Shown: positions 11,701 through 20,013 of the stretch, one piece after another
How the letters are laid out: each line of letters opens with the position of its first letter
How positions within the stretch are numbered: the stretch's first letter is position 1
Assembly: GCA_043381765.1 (NCBI GenBank)
Contig: JBHJMP010000878.1
Coordinates: 1-36,836, forward strand
From: Collodictyon triciliatum
Lineage: Eukaryota
DNA length: 36,836 bases
Direction: 5' to 3'
Translations under genes and position numbers: made by a program
The notes under the pieces: generated by a model
The model's input: only the letters and a program-made list of their open reading frames with translations
Told to the model about the DNA's origin: nothing
Databases searched by the model: none

Positions 11701-13101
11701 AATATATATAAGAAAGGGCATTAACACTCATATATCTCAAATGTATAGCAAATGGCGTGGAATTTGGGGTGAAAGAGTCGTACATGATTCCAATGAATGA
11801 TTTTCTCTCAACGAGCTCCAAACCCCTCCGAGATTTTTTCGAATTATTTACAGTAATTAAACATCATTTGAAAGATGTGTTGAGTGCTTTTTTTTAAAAA
11901 AAAATAATTATGTACGTTGTGTTCTCATTTGAGTATAAAACGAATGACTACTAGAGCCCAGATTCGGCTATACTCGATGATTACTCAGGAAAGGCAGCAC
12001 TGAAGATTTTGACGTCTGCTGATTGGTATACAAATACTCTATCGTTTTGTGCATAAATTTTATCAAAGTTTATGATATGTGGCTACCTCACTGATGCTTG
12101 AAAAAAAAATAGTATCACAAACTTAAAACTATCGGGTACGTATTGTCACTTCTTTACCGATTTTATTAATTATATGTTTAGTGTATTCCTCCATACAATA
12201 ACACAAAGACTTTTGCCCAAGATAGCGCAACACTTGAACGCCAGGTTTGAGTATCCTGTTCGAGTGTGTATTGCTGCTACTATTCTCTACAATTTTAACT
12301 CAATCGCAATTAAATCTAGAGAGGATGTTATCGAAATGTGTGCTTCAATGGCATCAAAAGTTCGAGGCAAAGGGTATTGCTGAAACCACATGTGCGATCG
12401 TGATGAGTAGATATACCATGAATATTTTTGTCATTAAAAAAATAGCACTCCAGACCGACACTTTATAAAGGCTACTGTATTATTAATTAGGAAACAATCA
12501 ATTATCGCCGAGAGTCTGACTAGCGGGGGTTGTCAAAGTGTCAAAGTGGGCAACGAATATTAGTCTTGTTATATTTTTGTTTTCTTGCTCCTTATTTTCT
12601 TTCCTTTCTTTTTTTTTTTTTAAAAAAAAAACAATCATGCTGTCTCGGCTAATCTAATCAATTTCTTAACCCAGTGTGACTGCTCAAAGTTTGCTCCGCA
12701 TTCTGTTTTATCAAACACATGTCTGACATGTGAACACGCAGAAGCAGGTCTGGCTATACAGATTTTTCGACGCACAATAATCCTTCACTCTAATATTGCT
12801 CTTTTCGTGCTAAATTGAGTCCACTTCGTGATATTTAGTGCATCAAGGATATGTCGCTTTGAGGACAGAGCAGAGCCCTGGCGTAAGAACTCCACACTCA
12901 GCCTATCTCAATGAGTTTTATACATTCTTCTTTTGTTTTTCTACCACATGTTTCTCTGTAATATTGCGTGCCCGTTGTTTGGAATAAACCCCTCTGAAAA
13001 TACCACAGGCTGACATGGGTGACACACTTTACCTGCGCGACTTGTGTAGAATATTGAAAGAAGTTGGGCCTTACCCGCCGGAGGAGTGGAGCTACTATTG
13101 A
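8772..13101 (+). CDS. Ankyrin-repeat RasGAP (neurofibromin/GAP1-like catalytic domain) with a C-terminal Cys/His insert; about 20 exons, part hidden in the N gap; true start may be upstream
   Basis: Ankyrin exons ~8746-8961 (GETALHCSC...LLLEGGANPN) and 9241-9408 (NETPLHYAA...HYGADMN). RasGAP motifs: arginine finger TLFRTDSIGTKIMTIYAK (10293-10357), GGFLFLRYLSAAISNP (11364-11453), RRALILIAKTIQNLAN and FGVKESYMIPMNDFL. The last exon 13009-13101 reads ADMGDTLYLRDLCRILKEVGPYPPEEWSYY*. Confidence 0.88.
9657..10191. other. Assembly gap (535 N) inside the RasGAP gene
   Basis: Run of n. Confidence 1.
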
Positions 13102-14121
13102 TGTGACTTACCACCTAGCAGAGTCGCATTTTCTTCACATCCTGATGTCTTCGTGTCTCAACTCCTTTATGTCTCTCTATTATTCTCGCCACATCACAGT
13201 TTTCTGCATCGCTTACTTTGAAATATGCAAGATTCACTGAATGCTTCTTTCGGGCAAAAGAAAAGAAACCAACTATCATAGAAATGAAAGAAACAAAGCT
13301 ATTTATAAAAGATTACGTCGTTGGATGACCCTTGTTCCATCCCCCGCGGGTTTCTCGCTGGACATCACCATCAAATCGCCAGTATCGCATAGGGCTTCCA
13401 GGCCGCCTTGAACGACGACAACCGGGGTGTGGTGGGGTGGCAAGTTGGTCTTTTGCTTCTTTGTTAAATGTCTCTGCGCAAGTGATTTATTCCATTGAGT
13501 CCTCTGCAGAGAGTGGAGCAGGGGCCTTTGCAAGGAGATGGCATCATCCGCGCATTTGGGTATATTACACCAGCGAGACGGCACGACAGACACGAGAAAG
13601 CAAGAGCAAGAAGAGGAGAGGAAGGGAAGGAGAAGCGAGAATGGGCAAGGGAAGAAGGTTGCTGCGCAGGATATTTCCCTGCCGGGCGAGTGGTGTTGGG
13701 CGTCGAACCTTTTGGGCATGATTACTGTGTTCAAACCCAGGTCGGGCCGCAAACAGACCGACTGCCCGGAGCCTCCAGGGACTGCGAGCGGCATATGTAG
13801 AGGAAGCGGGACATAGATGAATCAAAAGGGGCGAAGATACGGAGGAGCTGGATAAGTTGTGTATTCAACATGATTGAATACCTGTGGAAAGTAAGAAAGA
13901 TAATAGAGAGGGACGGCAAACTGCAACCCGGAGAGTGGAAGGAAGCGACACGTACGCGGACAAGAGCCCGAATGGGCCGAGAAGAGAACACCGCACAAGC
14001 ACGCTGGGCAGGTGTTGTATGGGTGTGGATACCTCTGATCAAACGAGTCCTTTGCTGTGTATTGAGTCGCAGCATTTGTCTCTGGGTGCGGAGCCGAGAT
14101 ATGGGCGCTTGGCAGCCGGGT

Positions 14122-15195
14122 TTACATGACGACGCACTTGCCCTTCTTCTTCTCTCCTTTGTCCTTGGGCGAGCTCTTGTTGATTGTGCGGACGAGCTCG
14201 TAGAAGACCTCGTTGACGTTGATCTTTTCCTTGGCAGAGGCCTCCAGGAAGCCGCACTTAAACTGGTTGGCCAGCGAGCGGCCCTTGTCTGTGGCCACTT
14301 GGCGATCCTTCTCCAAGTCGCACTTGTTTCCGACAATGACGATCGGCACCTGGGTTAAGTAAAGACATAAAGAGTCAAGATATGAGCTTACAGAAAGACT
14401 TTCTTTTGATATTTCTTTCTCCCTTCCTTTATTATGCTATAAAAAGGACAAACAACAAGGTAGGTAAGGCCAGAGTGTGTAACGCTTACAGAGTCGCTGT
14501 CCTTGACGCGGCAGATCTGGTTGCGGAGATCGGCAATGTCGTTGAAGCTTGCGGTTGAGGTAATGCTGTAGACAAGGACAAAGCCATGGCCGCTGCGCAT
14601 GTACTGGTCGCGCATAGCGGTGAGTTCTTCCTGTGTGTGGAAAGTAGGGAGAGTATGAGCAAGTGTGAAGAAAAACAAGCTGTGAAGCTTTGATCAACAG
14701 CGTCAGTTTCGTATTTTCTTTGGTGGGGGTCTTCTTTTTTTCTAACCTGTCCGGCTGTGTCGAGAATTTCAAGCATGCAGCTTTCGCCGTCAATGTCGAC
14801 TTGCTTGCGGTAGGAATCCTCGATGGTGGGGTCGTACTGTTTGGCGCAAATATTATTTGGTTGAGAGGGCACTCATGAATCTAAACTCAATAACTTCGTT
14901 TCCGACTACGACATGTCAACTGGTAAGATTTTCAGGAGAGGCGCGTCTTTGCTATATGGACTTGAAAGAGGAAAGAGTATGGAAGACTATGGGGACGGTA
15001 TGGTCAGGGCATGTTTTTAGGTCCCTTGAAAGAAGGAGGAAAGATAAAAAATAAAAAAAAAAGGTGAAGGGATAATAAAAAAAAAAAAAATACTCAACCA
15101 ACCTTCTCGACGAAAAGATTCTGGACAAACTGGACGGTAAGCGCACTCTTTCCGACACCTCCGGCTCCGACAATGACAAGCTTGTAGGTCTTCAT
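14122..15195 (-). CDS. Ras-family small GTPase, Rap1-like backbone with Ras-type Q61; 183 aa; CaaX CVVM
   Basis: Exons 15195-15103, 14836-14747, 14630-14490 and 14349-14122, all phase-0 GT-AG. Motifs [26 protein letters not shown] and EASAK, plus a polybasic KKKGK tail and CVVM. Confidence 0.96.
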
Positions 15196-15794
15196 GGCTG
15201 GTTCTTTTCTCTTGCTTCGTGCGGTTTGATCTAGGTAGCATAGTGGTTACAAGGTGTTCGGGAGGCGTGTCTTGTTCTTCGACCGCAAGACGAGACACCT
15301 TTCTTCAGTGCAGAGTCCTCAAGTATGGGACCGGGACGTTGGGAAATCGTGATGATTGCCGTGATCAAAGTCTGTTTGGTTGCTTGCAAGCTGCGAGATG
15401 ACACACTGTAGTTTTAATTGTTTGTCTTCGCTTGATTCTGCTCCGAGCGTATAAATACTTTTTGTGGGGCTCGTTTGGTTGCGGGCTATTTCGATTCCGC
15501 GAAAAATTCCTGATTGGCTTCCTGGAAGCACGTCGGGAAGGATTCTACGAATGTTTCCTGTTGCGGCTGCCCGTGGTGTGAAACTTATCTTGAAAAGGAA
15601 TATTTAATATAAAGTTATAATAAATTGTTTATATATGGTCAATTCTTTGGAAATCAGAGGAATTTACATTCTATAATTGGAATATATAATACGATGGAAT
15701 AAAACCATATATGTTTGGAAATTGCTCATTTGATAGGGTAAAATTTACGCAACTGACTATCATTTTGACTGCTTTATGAGAATTCATGTGGAAA

Positions 15795-16033
15795 GACGAC
15801 CGGTGACTGCCTGTTTATATTCGAACGTCACCCGGTTGCAGATCGACACAAGGGCAGAGGCTACCAAGGATTGCATCCTGCGATTTGGCCTTGGCTTGGG
15901 TCGTGTGCGTTGAGAGACGAGGGCGATGGCCATGAAAGTGGTTAGCCCTCGCAATTCCATATTATGCTAGTACAAGTCTGAGTAGTGAGGAACAGAAAGC
16001 GACGAAGGGCGTAGTTAGGGATGGATTTTTTTC
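15795..16033 (+). ncRNA. Candidate structured non-coding RNA of unknown family; boundaries approximate
   Basis: GC-rich intergenic island with three consecutive hairpins (15798-15837, 15864-15894, 15918-15951, the last with a GAAA tetraloop). G-U pairs favour the + strand. A T7 run follows at 16026-16032. No convincing ORF. Confidence 0.4.
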
Positions 16034-16067
16034 CTTTATTCGATTCAAAGCGTAGTTAGGGATGGAT
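16009..16067. repeat. 18-bp perfect direct repeat GCGTAGTTAGGGATGGAT (16009-16026 and 16050-16067)
   Basis: Direct inspection; the copies are separated by a 23-bp spacer. Confidence 0.9.
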
Positions 16068-16375
16068 ATTTGTGTGTCGGAATCGCAAACCATTTTATCT
16101 GCCCTTTGTCTTTCTTCTGCACGAAAAGTCCAGGGTAGCAGAAGTGTTCAATCTAGGATAGACGTGATGGATTCGCCAAAACTTTTTTTTTTTTTTTGCA
16201 ACTGATATTTCTTCCACATCGTATTTTATTTATCTCTGTTTAATGGACTCAAGGACATGCCAAAACAGTTCTGAAAAGTGACTTAGGTACCAACGTTCAT
16301 GTATTTTTCTTTTTAAAGTATTTGCAAAAATTAGACTTCATAACAGGACCTTTGTGGATCCACTCATGAAATAGG

Positions 16376-16540
16376 AAAAGAAAAGAAAAGACGATAAAAG
16401 AAAAGAAAAAGAAAAGAAAAGAAAAAGAAAAAGAAAAAGAAAAAGAAAAAGAAAAAGAAAAAGAAAAAGAAAAAGAAAAAGAAAAAGAAAAAGAAAAAGA
16501 AAAGAAAAAGAAAAGAAAAAGAAAAAGAAAAAGAAAAAGA
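16376..16540. repeat. (GAAAAA/GAAAA)n microsatellite
   Basis: Direct inspection. Confidence 0.95.
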
Positions 16541-16555
16541 AGTTTGAATGTCAAA

Positions 16556-18535
16556 CTATGAATCAGAAACGAAATCGTCAGCTCTAGCATTTTCCGTGAT
16601 GAATAATAAGCGATTGGGTGCTTTGTGATAACTCCATAAAAATCTAATTAAAAATATGCTCAACGCCAGGGTTGACGAGGAAAATATTATTCTCGGTGAA
16701 AAGACAGAAGCATTTGCTATATTAGGGCGTCCAGTAGTAGAGAATAAAGGTCCAATGCCGAATTTGCAAAGAAAGGCCATAGACAGCATCCACAGAATTC
16801 CGATAATAGCAAAGTATGACATCCATCTTAATTTAATGTTGAAGGCGTCCACCATGATAAACCATTCGAAAGTAAAAAATACATAGAGCCAAAAAACCGT
16901 GCGAATGTCCCATTGGCACAGTATACTGGCAGATACGAATATCTTTGCGATGAGGAAGGTGACGTACCAAAAATCAAAAGAAGCAATCATATGTCTAAAT
17001 ACAAACCAATTGCAAGTCGTTATGATTTGTACAGTAATGATCGCTATTCCAAGCAGCGAAGCAACGGTGCACACCATATTCGGAGCATATCCTAGAGTTG
17101 TTCCGATGCAAATAGGTGCATAAATAAACATAGAAAATAGTATGAAAGCAAAACTAAATCTGTGGTAGGCCTTTGATTTCAAAACCCTTTCAAGTAGTGG
17201 ATGTTTGAACTCTATATATCTATGAAAGATGGTAACATATGGATCATATTCAATATGCTTGTCTTCAACAATACCGAATAGAAGACATGTTTTCGGGTCT
17301 ATACTCAGAGATTCCGGTGAATTTATACTGTGTAATACTTCATTGGTGATGCTGTCATGCCTTATTATCCCTTGTCCAGTGTTGATTTGTTCTATGGGTA
17401 TAGTGACTGTTTCCCCAGGGGCCATATTATTGACAAAATGTTTATTAATCGAGCTTATAGATGAAGATTTTATTTGATACACATCAGAATTGCCAGTAGC
17501 GTCAGCAGAACTGTTATCGATTTCAAAAAAGCTTGATATGTATGCTATGGTGGTCGATTTTTTCTTCACGGTGTGATTGTAAAAGATTCTCATCAAGTAA
17601 ACGAAGAGAGTAGAGAGATTATCTAGAGCTTGAGATCGAAAATCAACAAGCAAAGTTCCAGATGCCTCGTCTGCAAGGTGTTCATAATGAAATTTTACGA
17701 GTTGGAGTAGTAGTATAAAAAACATAGGGGCATACGATAATATTGCTAATAAATTGGAAATTTTCATCTCTATCTTCTTTTTGCCCATATGAGCATCATA
17801 GAGAATTATTAGCATAACACTTGGAAGAGAATGAAAAGTCATGCACAAGGTTTCCAATGTGAATCCCCATAAAAGAACAAAGCAGACGTGCAAAGACACA
17901 ACATTGTAGATTGTGAACCAAAAGTTGAATGACTTGGCGAGCTCCTTAATAATATCGACTCGAATAAAAACAGAATTGTAAATACAAAAGTTTATAGTAA
18001 ATGCCAACTGAAATGGTAGGTATATATGCGAAGGAATTATTTGAATCATGAACGAGTTTGCTGTGAAGTAAAAGTTGCAGAATAGCCACAATATACCCAA
18101 TACTTGGGATGCAACCTTATTCCTGTATACACGAAGGATAAAGGGGTAAAATCCTTTGTTTCCGATCAATAGAGATGCAATCGTCTTTCTTTTCTCTATA
18201 ATTTTCGTCTCTTTACGTAAGCGAAGCCTTACAGCTGTCCGTTTGAATGCATTGCTGTGAGGTTCAGCCCCAGCATCACAGTCGCGCCTTTTTTCAAAAT
18301 GTTTCATAACAGGATTTGAGATCACTTGATCTCTCTTCCCATCGCCGACGCCTGCGGCCCAAGCGTCTGAAATGAGCCTGTTCCGATTTGCTTCAAGCAA
18401 CTCGGGATTCTGCATTTTTAGTCCCAGAGCCCCAAACACATGTTCACCCGAGCTTGGTGTGATCTGTTGGGTGGGATGATTTGGGTGCGCATGAAGCAGG
18501 AAGCCATCCAGTTTGTTAAATGGTACGATCCTCAT
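16556..18535 (-). CDS. Intronless multi-pass membrane protein (659 aa) with two homologous TM bundles; function unknown
   Basis: Long uninterrupted ORF with an in-frame stop upstream of ATG 18535. Each of two hydrophobic blocks contains an S-F-[ND]-F-W motif (ELAKSFNFWF; HMIASFDFWY) and a downstream DA motif (ILYDAH; IMVDAF). Confidence 0.85.
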   Translation of the reverse strand: MRIVPFNKLDGFLLHAHPNHPTQQITPSSGEHVFGALGLKMQNPELLEANRNRLISDAWAAGVGDGKRDQVISNPVMKHFEKRRDCDAGAEPHSNAFKRTAVRLRLRKETKIIEKRKTIASLLIGNKGFYPFILRVYRNKVASQVLGILWLFCNFYFTANSFMIQIIPSHIYLPFQLAFTINFCIYNSVFIRVDIIKELAKSFNFWFTIYNVVSLHVCFVLLWGFTLETLCMTFHSLPSVMLIILYDAHMGKKKIEMKISNLLAILSYAPMFFILLLQLVKFHYEHLADEASGTLLVDFRSQALDNLSTLFVYLMRIFYNHTVKKKSTTIAYISSFFEIDNSSADATGNSDVYQIKSSSISSINKHFVNNMAPGETVTIPIEQINTGQGIIRHDSITNEVLHSINSPESLSIDPKTCLLFGIVEDKHIEYDPYVTIFHRYIEFKHPLLERVLKSKAYHRFSFAFILFSMFIYAPICIGTTLGYAPNMVCTVASLLGIAIITVQIITTCNWFVFRHMIASFDFWYVTFLIAKIFVSASILCQWDIRTVFWLYVFFTFEWFIMVDAFNIKLRWMSYFAIIGILWMLSMAFLCKFGIGPLFSTTGRPNIANASVFSPRIIFSSSTLALSIFLIRFLWSYHKAPNRLLFITENARADDFVSDS

Positions 18536-19292
18536 GTTTCTGTATTCTTTAAGAGTAATTGTGGGGTTTTAGTTTGCAAATTATTGGTATGCGGCCCGTG
18601 GCAGACTTCCGTGGGGTTCGGAAAGTGTGTGCATGGAAAATGCCCATATGCCCAGCAGGGTTTGTTTCCGGTGTGGTCTCCTAATTCCACCTATTCATAC
18701 CTAATATAGCAGACAGTGCGCTATTGACAACGCGCTTTCTGACACTTACCAAACATGACGAACCGACAGTGCTTGAAGCTTCCCCAAAACTGGAAATTTC
18801 ATATATTCTACGACAACAAACAAACCAAACGCGAATTTGCCCTATTATCTCGCTGTCGATCCAAAAGACAGCAATGAAGGGAGGGAAAGAAACAAACAAA
18901 CAAGCATCAGCAACATTAATCACCCTGCTACCAACAGAAATTGGCCACACAATCCACACAATCTTTATAACGTGTGAATCATACCGTTCCTTGAAGAACA
19001 AGACAAAACAAAAAAGCCGAAAAGTAACTGAAACTTCAGAACATATGTGAATCGTATTCGTGTGATGGGGTCAATTTTCATTTAATTTCATGTCATAATG
19101 TTCCACAATATAGGAACTCCTTTCATATGTTGATCATAAAACGAAACCCTCGCGTATATAATTTCTGTGTTCCTTTTAAAGAATTGAAAAGATTACAATA
19201 TGCACATTTATTTTTTACAGATAATCTACGAAACATTTTAGTTAAAAAAAAAAAACTTCGTGTGAACTTTATTGGTCTGTGTCGACGTCATG

Positions 19293-19973
19293 TTAATCTG
19301 CCGCGTCCTTGTCATGCTCCTGATTATCTTTTTCCACTTCAGGTTTGCCACCTAGTTCATAATTGCCAAGTACTCCAATCTGGCCAGATTTTCCAGGTCC
19401 TGTCCTCCTTCCCGTTTTTTGAGTGGCGAAGGAATGCACAATTATGCTTCTCTCAATCTCAGAGAATAAACTACCACCTGTTTTAAAGTCGTTAGAAACT
19501 GATAGTTAGGGTCATTAGTAGTTTCGATATATCCACGATTTGGTATGATTTTTATAGAGTAAAGGAATAGAATTCCAATATCTCACTAAATTGAATCCAT
19601 TCACGAAGATTTTTCATTCCAAAGTCTCCAAATTCTTCCTCCTAAACAGAAGAGAATATCAAAAACAATAACAAACATCTATAAGTCACGATGAGATACA
19701 TTTGCGCATAAATAATACATTTCTGATTATTTCAAAATCGTCGCCCATGGCCTCCGTTATTTCTTCAGTGAATATATCTCGGAATGAAGGAATTGCAGAT
19801 GTTTTGATTGGTTGAGAGTTAGCTCTCAACGATTCGGGTAGACTCTAAGTATTAAGTTACGTGCAAATGACAGAACATTCCAAGATATACAGTTAAAAAT
19901 TATGTTCAATAAATAATGACCGAAATCAAATGAATAGATCGACATATATAAAACCTACACACAGCTTATCTTT

Positions 19974-20013
<40 letters not shown>

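Noticed and set aside
12113-12135. Possible 23-nt RasGAP microexon (tag|TATCACAAAC...CGG|gtacgt)
   Set aside because: Inclusion shifts the frame to a stop. Skipping gives the neurofibromin-like ADCVFLHTITQRLLPKIAQHL.
13731-14358. ORFs 13731..14336 (-) and 13870..14358 (+)
   Set aside because: Alternative-frame and antisense shadows of the GC3-rich last exon and 3' UTR of the Ras gene.
16009-16067. Possible CRISPR-like repeat-spacer unit or telomerase template (CCCTAAC)
   Set aside because: Only two 18-bp copies in a eukaryotic context with no cas genes. The telomeric match is 7 nt, shorter than a typical 1.5-repeat template, and its template sense lies on the strand opposite the predicted hairpins.
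15960-16140. RNase P/MRP or hammerhead-like words (AAGTCTGAG, ACAGAAAGCG, GAAAAGTCC)
   Set aside because: They are not in the required order or pairing context, and the hammerhead CUGANGA core is absent.
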